Shown here: positions 1 to 13,532 of the stretch, in pieces | How the letters are laid out: each line of letters starts with the position of its first letter | Position numbering within the stretch: the first letter of the stretch is position 1 | NCBI GenBank assembly: GCA_965603825.1 | Contig: CBFDEM010000015.1 | Coordinates: forward strand, 620,001 to 684,000 | Length of the DNA stretch: 64,000 nucleotides | Source of the DNA: Blepharisma stoltei ATCC 30299 | Taxonomy: Eukaryota; Protista; Ciliophora | Reading direction: 5' to 3' | Made by a program: the position numbers and the translations under genes | Notes under the pieces: model-generated | What the model was told of the DNA's origin: nothing | What the model saw: only the letters and a program-made list of their open reading frames with translations | The model's database searches: none

Positions 1-298
1 TGCAGCAATAATATCGGGAGAAATAAATGCTAGACAAAGAGTTCGTGGCATTTCATGTCCGATTAAACTCTAATCTAAAATAATAGTTTAAGGCCGGCAT
101 CACAGCTAGAATAGCAAGATAATAACAATAATAAGCCAAAATTTTCAATAAAAAACACTATTTAGACCTACTGGAGTTTATTAATATACAAAAAAGCAGG
201 TTTCCCAAGTCTAATTATCCAAATTTCAACCTAAACTTTAATAAGTGTCATATCAGCTACTTTATTAAAAATTCTAATTACATTAACTTAAACTAGAT

Positions 299-2128
299 AT
301 GGAGGGAGATGCCACCAAAGCCACAGACCTTATCAGCTACAACAGCAAAGGAGGCGTAAACCCACAAACACAAATCCTAGACGAAGACGGCAAAGGTGAT
401 AGTTTTCCTTCTCCTTTGCCCTTAATCAGCTACTATGAGCAGCGCAAAGTCCAAGATCCCAGCGCAGCCAAAACCGGGACTGGTCTGCCTATGTTAAACA
501 ACTCTCCTGAGTTTATTCCTGACGTGGAGCCTTATGAAGCAGTTGCAGTCCCTCGGGAATCTATATTAGAAGACTGTATACGGCGAGAAACAGAGAGATT
601 GGCTTATCAAGAAACTTTATTAAATAAGGTCGTATACGACTGTATAGACCCTAGCCCATTTAATCAAGACAAAGAGCCACCTGCCAACGGCGATTTAAAG
701 CCTTTTTACTACCCAGTTGACCCTGCAGACACAACTTTAGTATTTGAGTCCCGATTTGAGTCTGGAAACCTGAGGCGAGCTATCCAAATCTACGAGTTTG
801 AGTATGATTTAATATTAAAATCCGATTACAATACACGAGGAAACACCCAATGATATTATTTCTCAATTTCCAACACCAAAGCGAACCAAACCTACAGGTT
901 TAATATCATCAATATGATGAAGCCAGATTCTCTTTATAATGCAGGCATGAAAACTTGTGTGTACTCGACTAAGGATGCAGAAAATTTTCATAAGGGCTGG
1001 AGAAGGGATGGGTTTGATATTTGCTATTATCAGAATAACATGAAAAAGAAAATAGGTGGGTATTACTATACACTGACGTTTGCTATTACTGTGACTAATG
1101 AAAAAGATACAGTCTATATTGCGCATTGTTATCCTTATACTTATTCAGACCTTAATAAATATCTTAATTTACTATTAGCTGACCCTAAAAAACGAAACAG
1201 AATAAGGAGAAAAACATTGTGTCAGACTGTGGCTGGAAATTCCTGTGACGTTTTGACTATTACTAGCTTTTTGACTGAGGCTGAGTCGTTTAGGGCTAGA
1301 AAAGGTATAGCGCTCTTTGCAAGAGTGCACCCTGGAGAAACAAACTCGTCCTGAATGATGAAAGGACTTATTGATTATTTAACAGGACCAACCCTAGATG
1401 CCAAAATTTTGCGGGATAATTTTATTTTTAAAATTATCCCTATGCTGAATCCTGATGGAGTTATTAATGGATCGTATAGATGTGGGCTGGCTGGGGTTGA
1501 TTTAAATAGATGCTGGGCTGAGCCGTCTAGAAAACTACACCCCACTATTTTTAACGCAAAAGCTATGCTAAAGCAATTTTGTAGTGAAGCAGAAGTTGTA
1601 CTGACCTGCGATTTCCATGGACATTCCAGGAAGAAAAACATCTTTATGTATGGCTGTGTAGGCAAAAATGGAAATAAAGAAAAAATCTTCCCAAAACTAA
1701 TGGAAAAAACCTCAGAAATTTTCAGCTTCAGCGACTGTGTGTTCGGGATGCAAAAAACCAAAGAATCCACAGCCAGAATAGTAATTTATAGAGAAATGGG
1801 GATTATCAATTCCTTTACCTTAGAATCTTCTTTTTGTGGGGCAAATTATGGGAAGCATGCAGATTTCCATTTTAACCCTGAACATCTTCAAGAAGTTGGG
1901 CATGATTTTTGTGACGCGATTTTGGATTTCTGTGACCCTGACCAAATTAAAGTGAGAATGGCTATAGAGGAACTTGATATTTTATTCCCAGGGACTGAAG
2001 AAGAAGAGGTTGAAGAAATAGTCGAAGATGTAGTAATTGAAGAGGATAACGGCAAGAAAAAGAAAAAAAAGAAAAAAGTGGTTGTTAAAAAGAAGGTAAG
2101 CACAACTAAATCAAAAAAAGAAAAATAA
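299..2128 (+). CDS. Cytosolic carboxypeptidase (Nna1/CCP/AGBL, M14; tubulin deglutamylase-like), 609 aa
   Basis: ORFs 299, 914 and 1355 are one frame joined by TGA at 851 (GNTQ-W-YYF) and 1352 (ETNSS-W-MM). Motifs FESGNL, ARVHPGE, NPDGV..G.YR, DLNR, DFHGHS, TLESS. Acidic then poly-Lys C-terminus; TAA stop. Confidence 0.93.
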
Positions 2129-2142
2129 TTTAAAGTGTTTTT

Positions 2143-4869
2143 TTATAGCAAAAGAGTGTTTTTTGCTTTAAGCTTTTCTGCGGAAAGATTGATTTTTTCT
2201 TCTAAATTCATGATTCTGTTGGTAAGCTCTTGGTATGTTACACTGGATTTTTGATGGTTTCGCTCACTGGTTAGTGATTTTAAACTTTGGATTCTTTCTT
2301 CAAGCTCTTTTTCTATTGAAGATTTGTTTCTAGCTGGCCGAAATGTCAGCTCTTCTTCTATTTCGCCTTGCGGAGAAGACGTGTAGGAGACTGGCAGGGA
2401 AAAAATTTGCCTGGGTTTAATATTGGAATTATTTGGACTTTGAATGAATTTTGAATCAAAACCACCAGTTTCAAACCCTTTTGAAAAGCTTTCACGGATT
2501 GGTGAAAGAATTATTTTTGACTCATTTTCTTGATGCAAAAGTTGTATTTCTAGTTCTAGCTGAGTTTTTATAGTTTTCAGCTTGTTTACTTCTTCTTTTA
2601 AGTTCCTATTCTGCCCTATGCAATAGCTGTTTTCATATTCAAGTTTTTCAACTTGTGAGGACAGATGCTTAATTTGCAGTTCATATTTTCGGATTTTTTT
2701 TTCTAAATTGTTGACTATTTCTTCATTGGCGACTGCAATTTCATTGATTTTCGTTTGGTAACTTTTATCTAGTTCGTTAATTTTCAGTTTTAGCTCAAAT
2801 AGCTCTTTTGACTCTGAGTGGTATTTTTCTTTCATTTTGGATAATTGTGCTTGGATAAGCTGGATATGCTTATCTTTTTCATTGATATTTTTTAGAAACT
2901 TAGAGGTCTTTAATTCCAGCTGTGATTGGTTTATTGAAGCTGAGTCTTCAAGCTCTTTTTTAAGCCGAGAAACATCTTGGAGTGATGAACTCATTTTTTT
3001 CTTTATTCATTCAAAAAAGACGGTTCTCATTAAATTGCGATTTTTTTTGTTTAAGATGTATTTATTAAGGATTCTTATTGTTTGCAGCTTTTGCAAATAT
3101 GTTCTCCAGATATTAAAATATCTTCGAGCTATACTATTTGAGTAGCGTTGATGTGAAGTAATTTTTAGTGAGTTTAGTTTTTGTTTTTTTGAGTATTCAA
3201 ATAATCATTTGTTTAAAAATTTCTTTTGAATATGCTGCTTTAATAATAATCATAAATTTTTCTTAAGCTTTTCTTCTTTTATTGACTTTTTTCATGCACT
3301 AAAATATACTTTAGTAATTTTTGAAGAATTTTTTGCTTTCATTTGATATAATATCGAATTATAATGGCTTTTATTCCAACATAATAATTTCATCCCTTTA
3401 AAAGACTTTTTTATAAGATTCCTCTCATAAAATGAATTCGTCTTCATTTTCTGCATGATTTCTGGAAGTCTTATATCATAATATCAAACTCTTAACCCTA
3501 GCAGTGATTTTTTGCATAATTTATTACAATAAATTTTTTCTATATCATCTACCTTATCAGATTTTTTATCAAATTCTGCATGATCATGTGCTTTCTTCCA
3601 TTTTTCAAATAAATTCCATTTTAATCTAAATTGATTTGCAGTCTCTGCTTTAATTTTCTTTTCATTTGATACATATCTTTTTTCAGAATATATTTTTCAA
3701 GCATTTATAGTTTTTTGTTGTAAATCTTGGCTGCGCTTAATACCAGCTCCTTTAATAATCAAGGATATATCGGTATACCGCCTTCAGTTTCTAAATAAAT
3801 TCCTAACAATTTTTCTGCTTTTTTTTTGTTTTCCATAGCTCAGCATTCTCTCAAACTTATGAATCCATTTTCAGCCAGACAAGGCAACTTTACATGTTTC
3901 TTTTTCTCTTTTAATCTCAATAAATGATTTAAATATCGACACATTTTTTAAAAATCTGCATCTAGAAGAGAATAGCATAAAAAATCTGTGCAAAAGCTTC
4001 AAATTTCTGAATTTTTCTGCTTTTTTGTTTAAATCTTCACATATTGTCTTATAGCTCATATTTTCTATTTTTGAATCTTCTATTGATTCTTTTATCAATT
4101 CTAATTCTCTCTGTTGGAAATCTATTATATCTTCTAGTTCTTTCTGCTTATTTCTAGATAAAAATAATTCACTTTTCAGTTTTTTAAACTCATCCTCAGC
4201 TATCTGTACGTTTTCTATATTTTTCCTCTGAAATTCCAGTAATTTTTCTTTTAAAATTTTATTTTCCTTTATCGAGTCCTGCAATTTGATTTCTATATCT
4301 CTGACGTCTTCAAGCTGCTCAGGGAGCTCAAATCTCAATCTTTTAACCGAATTTGACTTCTTGGCATGCTTATTGCTTACATTTTTCATAATTTTCGCTT
4401 TAGCCTGGACTATAGGTGACTGCTCTTTTAGTCGTTTTTGCCAATTTGCTTTGCATCTCTCATTCATGATTTCGCATTGTGTCCGAATTCTTGAAATGTG
4501 AGACTGCTGGGCATTTAAACAGTCAATTATGGCTACATTGATATCTTTGGCTTTATTTTTTAAAATAATTTCTTTGATTTTTTGGCTAAGGCAATCTTTT
4601 ATTTGGGATTTTAGAGTTTCAGGCCAGTTAAGGGAAATCAGTTCAAGGAATTTTTTGATGCTCATTTCTTGGTATGACTCAAGCCTTTTCTTTTCAATTA
4701 ATTCTAAATGCAGTTTTAGTCTGATTTCTAAATTTTCTAGCTTTGCTGCGATTTCTTCATTGGCTAAAACTGTTAAAATATGTTTCTGAATAGCTTTTAT
4801 AACAGCTGCTTCATCTTGTCTTAAATTTTTATTTCTGCTTGGACTTGCTTCTTTTAGTTTTCCATACAT
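2143..4869 (-). CDS. Coiled-coil protein with central Sfi1-like (F/L-x-x-W) repeats, ~908 aa
   Basis: ORFs 3871-4914 and 2143-2994 share a frame, and I found no TAA/TAG between them. Trp codons (mostly TGA) at 3871, 3784, 3697, 3598, 3292, 3205, 3106 and 3007, often 29-33 codons apart. Start taken at ATG 4869. Confidence 0.7.
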
Positions 4870-4939
4870 CAAAATTATTAACTTATTATTATTCCATGTG
4901 TATATATAATCCACATGATAAGAAGTGGTTATATCATAA

Positions 4940-6289
4940 TTAATAATTGAATAAAATAGACTTTTTCTTTACCGGAGACAGAGAGCTAAGAATAAGCGGA
5001 TTAAAATCTTCAAAACCATTTATGGTAGGCGGCCTTAATGATAATGAGGTAGCATACCGATTGCTCAAATTCGGGGTTTTCTTTCTTTTCTTCTCATTTA
5101 TCAAAGCCAGCGCTTTGTCATTGCTTTTTCTGTTTTGGGCAGTAACAGAAGGCAAACTAATTTCCAAATAAGCAGGCTTATTTAAAAGTGCTGCCAGAGT
5201 TATATTTTTATGATTTTTTGGCCATTTTCTGTCAAATGATTCATTAGGATTTTCTTCCTCAATGGTATTCTGCATTGCTATACTTTGGTTCGGCTGATAT
5301 GAATCTGCGCTAAAATCAGATGACAGTCTTACTGATACTTCCTCATTGAGAGAGTTATTTTTATTGTGGTATGAAAAACCTTTGCGATGATGAAAACTTG
5401 ACTTGCTTCTTTTTTTCGCTAAAAGTGTAAAGGACTCTAGACCAAAAGAATTTCTCAAAATTTTAACATTTTCATTTTTAGGTCTTTTTTCAGTTTTTTT
5501 CCCTTTTCTCATGATTTCATACAAAAATTTGGGCAGCTTGACACCCTCATTTGTAGGTAAACCAAATGGATCTGAATTCTCTGGAAAATTATCGTATTTT
5601 TCTTCACTGGATTTTTCACTGTCTTCTTTGTCAATTTCGTACTCAAAATGCTTAATTGAGCTATCAATAATATCCAGCTGGTAGTTTCCTCTATTAATAC
5701 AAATATTAGAAGGACCCAATCTGCTGATAACCAGTGTCCAAATTTCGTTTTTTTCTTTAATTTCTAACTTTTTTCCTTCAATTAAGATTGAATAATTTGA
5801 CAATTTCCTTTTTATTATTTCAGCATCCAGGCTTTTTGTTAAGGACACAATTATTTCAGAGCAAATAGGAATTGTGTAGACTGGGCGATTTAAATAGCGT
5901 TTTACAGGGAGAGAGTGCAGATTAATTCCGTAGCCAGCTTTAAGTGGCTTTTTATCATTTTTAAATGCAATTTTGTAACCCAGCTCTTGGAATACTCAGT
6001 TTGGCAGGTAAATTTCGTCTTCTTCAGCTGTAAATTCTAATGGGCTACAGTAGACAAAGGAATTTATACGCCTTTGTGGAGTAAGAATAAAAAGATATGG
6101 GATAGGGAGTTTTAGCCTGAGAAGCTCAAAACCTACGGATTTTGGTAAAATGACTTTGTCTGAGAACTCTAAATCTTCGATGTATGAGCTATGAGTAGAT
6201 ATGGGCTGCAAAATTTGGAAATATTTGGAATAGGAAGGCAGACTGGATATTAATTACCTCAAGCTATTATCGTGTAAGACTTTTGTCAT
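4940..6289 (-). CDS. Protein with N-terminal UFD1-like domain and low-complexity C-terminus, ~444 aa
   Basis: FSDKVILPKS, PYLF.L, LEFTAEEDEIYLPN-W(TGA 5996) match the UFD1 N-domain. A 15-nt intron at 6243-6257 (GTAATTAATATCCAG) removes an in-frame stop. Confidence 0.7.
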
Positions 6290-6425
6290 TTTTATTCATA
6301 TCATATTTTTTTGTATAGACTGAAAAAGCTTCTTATAAGATTTATATTTTGGGAGCAATTCAAATTGAGGTGTTTATAATAATTTTTTTATAATTATTTA
6401 AAAGTATAATTTATTTTATCAAGGT

Positions 6426-6523
6426 TTGAATGCCTCCATATCTAGCCCTTTTTCAACTATTCATTTATTATAACTTGAATGTCTCCATATCTTAGCTCCT
6501 TTTTCAACTATTCATTTATTATA
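6426..6523. repeat. Imperfect ~50-bp tandem duplication (2 copies), intergenic
   Basis: TTGAATG(C/T)CTCCATATCT..CCTTTTTCAACTATTCATTTATTATA at 6426 and again at 6475. Confidence 0.8.
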
Positions 6524-6889
6524 TCTAAATATTATTTATGCAGAAAATGGTTAGCAGCTAGCAAATTAAATATATAAACAAAAGTATAGGCTCAAAAGTA
6601 ATAATTGAGCTTTTATAAAAGAGTTTTATTCCTTCATTAGATATTTTAAATGATCAACTTTTTATAATACAATTGCTAGGCTTTAAATACAGTCTACAAT
6701 AATTTTTTAGTGTGCATTTGACTCCCAAACTGATAAACCAAAATAGCATTTTGCTTCAAAGCACTTAACCAATGGAAATCAAATTCTCATATAGCAAATA
6801 AAATTAATATATCCCTCTGATTAATTTCAATATTTTTTAAATAATTATCATTTCCTTCATAAACAGCAGTATAATAATGCATTATTTTC

Positions 6890-9812
6890 TTAACGTTTTT
6901 TCTCCATCGTTACAGATAAGTTTAAATTCTTGCCTGTCTTCGACCTATAGCTTTCTTCCCACGAACTCGGAATCTGCTCAATCTTAAACTTCTCAATATT
7001 TATCCTTCTAAACACGTCAGAAGACGTAGTATCAATTTTATTTGTTTTCGGCCTGTCAATACTGATATACTTAATTGGCTTCGGGGATTCTTTTGCCTCT
7101 TCTTCTATATGAAACTTTGCTGACCTTGGCGACCCAGAGTTCACAAACACCTGTCTATTCTGCTTGGGCGATTTTGGTGGTGAATCAGTCGATGGATATT
7201 CTAAATTCCACGTCTTTGCCTGTCCAAAGTACCCTAAATAATACCCTTCTTCAGTAAACAGCTTAACATTCCTATCCAGCCCTGTAGTTAATAATAAATT
7301 AGAAATACAATCTTCTACAGAAAATAGCTGAAGGCTTGATATTGCCCCTTGGTGAGCATTAAAATAAAGCAAGGCCTCGACCTCCAAATTATCCAGCACG
7401 TTTCATATTTTCACGTTCCCTGACTCATCACCTGTCACTAATGTGATTTCGTTAGAACTTAAATAGGCACAGGTAATTAAATCATTGTCACAATGGGTAA
7501 TATCAACTGTTTTACTAGGTCTCATTTCACGTAAATCCCAAAACCTTAGTAAACAGTCAGCACTTATAGACAGCAATTTTTCTTTATTTGTAGCATATAT
7601 GAGCTCTTCAACTGCTTTTGAAGGCCTTTCAGGGCTAGGCAGCAGCGTACTATCAATTTCATGAAGATAAGCCCGAGGGAACCCAGTCTCAAAATGTCAA
7701 GCTATAATCTGTCCAGACTGTCCTCCAGTGATCACAAACCTGTCTTTAGGCGAATAAGCCAAAGACAGAATATCATCAGTATGCCCAAGTTGCCCTGATT
7801 TAGGCAAACATTTTATCCAGGAGACGACTTGGTCGTTTTCATCAGGCCATACATATACATGTTTATCCCAGCCTACTGATACGATATGCTGCAGCTTGCT
7901 TGAATTTTCATTACCTATAAACATGATTTTGGAGACTTCTTTTGGTTCTTGGTCATAGTTAAATTCTCTTAAACAGTGACCATTGTTAAAATTCCACATC
8001 TTTATGGAGCCATCGTGGCCACCTGTAATAAGTCTCCTGTGGGAAGAATCAAGGGACATCGCTGTGATCCTATTTCTCCCATGGGCTTCTGAAAACTTAA
8101 ATAGTAATTTTCCATCTTTTAGGTTCCATATGTGAATATTAGACTCTTCGTCACCAGAAATGATGCAGTTAAAATTCCTATTAAAAATAGCGCAGGTTAC
8201 TATTGATTCATGGCTTGTTGGGAGCTCTTCTTGGGCTTTGAATGGCCAGACATTAATTTTCTTACTGGTAAGCAGCAATGAGTTTATGTTTGGGTTAAAA
8301 TAAACTCCAGTCAGTCTGTTTTCTGGTCTATAAATAGTCTTGTCGACAATAGTCTGCACACATTTATAAGTCCTGATATCCCATACTTTTACAACCTTAT
8401 CAGTCCCTAATGATACCAACTGAAACTTATCCTGATTCAGCGCAATATCAATTATCGCTGAATTATGCCCTTGCAGTAGCGTTTTGGCCCCTTTTTTGTT
8501 ATAAGGGTTTCATAAGGTAATCACCCTTTCTTCGCCGCAGCTTGCCACAAATTTAAAATCAGGGCACCACACGAAGCTTAAAACCCCTTTTTTGTGGTAA
8601 TTATAAGTACTTTTTACCTGATGCCTTTCTAAGTCAAACTGTGTGATTGTTTTGTCAAGGGAGCAGGTCATTAAGGAGTCTAAGTCAGGGATATATTCTA
8701 CCTTGGTAATCCAGGAAGAATGAATATTTTTTTCCATTATTTCGATATTTTCCATAAAATGGGTCTTAAATTTGACACCTTTTATAGGAGCTTCTTGTTT
8801 TTGTTTGGAAATATTTTTTTCGTGGTTGGAAAGCTGGCTGTTTTGAGTGGAAATTAGATCTGTCTTGTGGCAGGGCATACGGGTGTTACAGATATGCCAG
8901 CCATCATAGAGCTTGTAGAGATAAATGTAGCCTTGGTCATCGCCTGCTATAAACATGCTGTCGTCTTCAATGTATTCCATACAGAGAGGAATGCCTCGAA
9001 GGTCGTTAATTCTTGATAAAGGGTTGGAAATTGACTCGTTTGATTTATTTAGGTCATAAAACGAAATGCTTCTGTCTGTGCTTCCAGCTGCCAGTCTTTC
9101 ATAGTTTTTAAGATAAGCTAGAGAAGTGACCCAGTTTTCAGAAACCTGAATGCTGGTAATAGGTGTAAGAGTGGAAGGGTTCCATATTTTTACAGTCCCA
9201 TCATAGCTCCCAGTCACATATCTACAAGTATCAGTAGCTTCACCTGAATTTATGATAAGGAGTTTCGAAATCATATCATTATGCAGATTAGTTTTCTGAG
9301 ATGCTGTAGGGTCTGGGATTTTTGGGTTATAATACTCACAATGCTCAGCCCTCATATGGGCCAAATTCTCATTTTCTAGAATGATGAAATTCATGAACTC
9401 GTCCCAGTCAATTGAGCCATCAGAGTTTGTATCAATTCTCATAAAGAGCTGAACTAACTCTCTTTTTGTGAGGTTTTTACCAAGGACGCTGCCGAAGGCA
9501 GCCACAAATTCTTCAAGCTCTAGAGCTCCACCTTGATCTGTGTCTGCTTGATTGAATTTTTCTTTAAGCTTAAGCAAACGTTTTTTATTGATTTTTTCAG
9601 TCAGTGACGATATGATCCTGAGTAAGCCTTACTCCTCGTCCTCTAGTTTTTCGTCTTCTGAATCTTTTTCTAAATTTGAAATAATGTCTTGGACATCTCC
9701 AGTGAGAATTTGGTTGTCGCTGATTTCTATTGTAAATGTTACTGAGATTGGCTACATAACCAGCTTTTTCCTAAGTAGAAAATACAGGCGAGATAATCCT
9801 TTTACTTTTCAT
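6890..9812 (-). CDS. EF-hand + WD40-repeat protein (WDR49/EFCAB8-like), ~958 aa
   Basis: ORFs 8510, 7697 and 6890 share a frame, joined by TGA at WD-motif Trp positions (8510, 7697, 7403). EF-hands DTDQGGALELEE and DTNSDGSIDWDE. Introns at 9771-9785 (15 nt), 9727-9742 (16 nt) and 9618-9632 (15 nt) lead to ATG 9812. Confidence 0.8.
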
Positions 9813-9912
9813 GAAATTAATTACTAGAAACGTTAATAATTAATTTAAAAAATGGTTTTATTATCAGCCTATTCTTCAATTTTTTGTAAAAATTATTATC
9901 TTACGATAACGA

Positions 9913-11625
9913 TTACTCTACTAATGCTATTGAGTGAGCTATTCCTAGACTCACAGATATTGCTCTGTTTGTTATTTTCACTTTTCTAGGCTTAGCTGAC
10001 TTTCCTCCTACTCCAATCCCTAAGCAGCCGTTTTTTCCTTCTCCAAAAGAATAGAGTCTTCCATCTACTCCCAGGACAATTGTGCATTTTCCATTTACGC
10101 TGACTTTTTTTCCTTTTATTTCTTCTAATTTTCTTGGGACGCTTGAATCCTCATAATTTCCACCAAGCTGCCCTAATTTTCCTTTTCCCCATAGCCAAAC
10201 ATCTCCATCAGCAGTTACACATCCAGTATGAGAAATCCCACACGAGACCTGCACCACGTTTTCTATGTCTAAAGGTCTAGGAATAGCTAATATCCTGCAG
10301 TCATCAAAGCCAACCTGGTTGTCTAGGTTTTCTCCCCACATAAGCAAGACTTTTTCTTGAGTTACAACTCCATAGTATCCGACCCCACAGCTTACCTGGG
10401 CTATCTTGTGTGAGGAGACTGATTTATTTATATGAGGCTTGTCAAGCATAGCTTTTACCCCTGATAAAGGATTAAAGCAGGCTCCCCACTCGTATAAAAG
10501 TCCTTCATCATTGCATGCTAGATAAGAATAATCAGAGCACGAAATATCAGTGAAAAATCTATGAGAAGTTCTTTCATCATTAAAAGACTCTATACGTAGA
10601 GGAACGCTTGAAAACCTGACTGAGCCAAGTCCAAGCTCTCCATATTCTCCATTTCCCCAAGTATAAATGTCTCCTTCTAAACTTATAGCTCCAAAAAATC
10701 TATAACCACAGGCTATTTTATAAAAGCTTATTTTCGGCTCCAATATAAACGGTAAACTAATGAATTCTTGGCGATTTTCGTTAAGGATTGCTCCCCATAC
10801 ATATAAACTTCCTTCTGTATTAATGCCTAAGTTTGAGCCATAATTGGTAGCGACCTCTACAAATGAGGATTCTACAGCAGGATGAGGAATTGGGGTCATA
10901 AAAATTTTTGTCTGCTCAATGCCTTGTCTTGCATCTTCATTATTACCCCAAGTGTAAAGTTTCCCTTCAGCGTTTGGCAATGTACAAAATATAAAGGGAA
11001 AGTCCTCAGATTTATAGTTCTGGTTGAAAGTATGCACTGTCAAGTTATATTTGGTGCTAAATTGCAAATCAGAAAACTCTATTGTGACTTGTTTAGTCTC
11101 AGTGAGATTTCTTATAGTCAAATTAAGGGTTTCTTGGCTGGTCTGCAATTTTAGATGACAGTCAGAGTAGTCAAGCAATTTAGCTTCTTCAGGGATAGTT
11201 CAGCTTCCATCAGGACTTAGAGAGGCTTCTATTTCTTTTTCAGCAGCTCCAGTTGTCTTAATGCAGAGATTTTCGACTGAATAAATCCCGCCTGAATTTC
11301 AGCTGATATTGACAGTGACTGAGTTTTTATTTGTTTTTACCAAGGAAATGATGGGGTCTGCTGGTAGCTGTTGAATGGATTTTTTACTTATACATAGCTC
11401 TCTGCCGTTTTCTGAGTCACGAGATTCATGAATGAGTCCATGAGCTTCAGCAATTTGATGAGCAAATTTTCTTACATTTGGAGCTGTATCTGGAGGAAAA
11501 AGAAGTGTTGTAGCCTTTGCATTCTTAAGAAATTTCTCGATTTCTTGAGTAATTGCATCTTTGATGTTTTGATTTCCTTTGATGCTGGCAAAAAGTGTGT
11601 TCGGGATTATTGTTTTTTCTTCCAT
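9913..11625 (-). CDS. R3H domain + beta-rich (FN3-like) segment + RCC1 repeats, 570 aa
   Basis: ORFs 11299-11625 and 9913-11178 are joined by TGA at 11299 and 11200. R3H motif RKFAHQIAEAHGL.HES; RCC1 repeats (LYTWG.N..G.LG, VSCG..H). Confidence 0.8.
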
Positions 11626-12542
11626 TTATATTTATAGATCTATAAGCCAACTCTGCAGGCTCAATTTTATAGATAATCAGTTCATTGTATATACTGCGTA
11701 ACTCTGAGAATAAAATAACGGACTGATAAAATTAACTATAGGCAATGCTAAAGAAAATGAGGCAAGCCAAATAATTCTAAAAAAATCATGCATAAAACAT
11801 TAAAATTCAGTTTTTAAAATTATGGCAATAAAAATATGACGACCTTAGAAACTGAATTGTATATGGATTTTACAGCTCAATAAGCTAAAGAAGAAAAGCC
11901 TTAATCAAGGCTGGGCATCGTTTAGACAATTAGAAGCATGATTAGGACTATTTATGATGATAAAATCCACTTCATAGACCAAGAGTTTTATTTTAAACAA
12001 ATCTCTTGCCTCAGATCACCTAAATTTTATTGCAAATATCAAAGAAATAATTCAAACCTATGGCCAAGAATTGAGGTTGCCAATTGTGCCATACTAAGAA
12101 GTAGTGTTGGACAAAGAAAAGTGTCAATTATCAGATTAGTAGCTTAAATATAATTAGATTTGACTAAAATAGTAAGTAATTTAAACTATTTAAAATCTTC
12201 CTATAATTAAATATGTGCTCAAATGGCCATTTCAAAATTCTTAATTTTATTGTATGCATGATGCCAAAAATAGATAACTTAGCCTATGATTTTCTACATA
12301 CATTAAATTGAATGCATTCCTTTGCATATCAATGAGCTTTAATTTCAGATTTTTTTAAGAATTATAATGCCGTATCTTTATTGAGATAAACAAGAATTTC
12401 CACAGTTATAAATTAAAGAAGTTATTTTCCTTTCTTTATAATAATTTCTTTTTGATGTTTTTGCCATATCATTTATCCATTGAAATTTAATTTCCTACTA
12501 GCTATGGTGAAGCATTAATTATTGTAAAAATATTCCAACTGA

Positions 12543-13499
12543 ATGCGGAGATCTAACTCTTCTTTTTCTTCGAATAATCACCAGAAAAAGCAAAACTCTC
12601 AATTACCTGGAAGCCCTAAAAGTCCTTCGATACTGAAGAGATCGAAATCTCCAACCAAGTCATGCAGATCAGTGAGATTTGATGACTCAATTTCAGGATT
12701 TCAAGAAGATAGCGATATTAATTATCAGCTTAAGAACTTTTATCAAGAGCTTAAATATAACAACGAGTCAAAGAAAAGGGAAAACTCTTTCATTTCAAGC
12801 TCTTCCAGTATCCAAGAAAAGAGTTCCATCAATAGTAGAAGCGATAAAGTAATTTCTATCATCCAAAACACCAAAGAAAAGATCTTAGACCGCCTCGGGT
12901 CAGCTTCAAAGCCGAATACCCTAAAAAACAGGCCAAGACCAAAAGACAAAATCAGCACTGAAAATTTACAGTCAATTGTCGAAAAGCGAAAATCTATAAT
13001 AGCCAACGACGGAGGAACCCAATACAGAAATTCTTTTTTGCAGACTAAATCTCATTTAAGAAGCAAAAGTGAGAGACCTTCAGGAGGCTCAGGCGTTTTT
13101 GAGCCCAAAGTTATCAATTTAGCCTTTAGGAACCAGAATTTCTACAGCAAGCTTAACAAATTTTATGGGAAAAGTGACTCAAACCCAGCATCTAGGGAGC
13201 AGTCGCCAAAAAGAAGAACTGCAGGCGAGCTTACTTGGCAATCAGTAAAAGACGAGCTTTATAGCTCAGCCTCAGGCTTTTCAAACTGCTCTCAGTCTTC
13301 TTTGGTCTCATTTTCTAGCCCTGCTGAGAATAAAAGAAGGAAATCCAACATTTTCATGAGCATAAACGCCCATTCAATTAGTCCCAAGCCTCAAAAAGCT
13401 GAGCCAGCCCATCGAGTTTTCTCAGTCCTTAAAACCCGCTATTCAAGCCCAAGTGGCTCCACCCGCTCAGGAAGAAGCAACACGAGTGTAATTTATTAA
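12543..13499 (+). CDS. Ser/Lys-rich low-complexity protein, 318 aa
   Basis: Intact ATG-TAA ORF; no recognisable domain. Confidence 0.7.
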   Translation: MRRSNSSFSSNNHQKKQNSQLPGSPKSPSILKRSKSPTKSCRSVRFDDSISGFQEDSDINYQLKNFYQELKYNNESKKRENSFISSSSSIQEKSSINSRSDKVISIIQNTKEKILDRLGSASKPNTLKNRPRPKDKISTENLQSIVEKRKSIIANDGGTQYRNSFLQTKSHLRSKSERPSGGSGVFEPKVINLAFRNQNFYSKLNKFYGKSDSNPASREQSPKRRTAGELTWQSVKDELYSSASGFSNCSQSSLVSFSSPAENKRRKSNIFMSINAHSISPKPQKAEPAHRVFSVLKTRYSSPSGSTRSGRSNTSVIY

Positions 13500-13532
13500 T
13501 TTTGGTAAATAAATAAAAAAAGCTTAATGATA

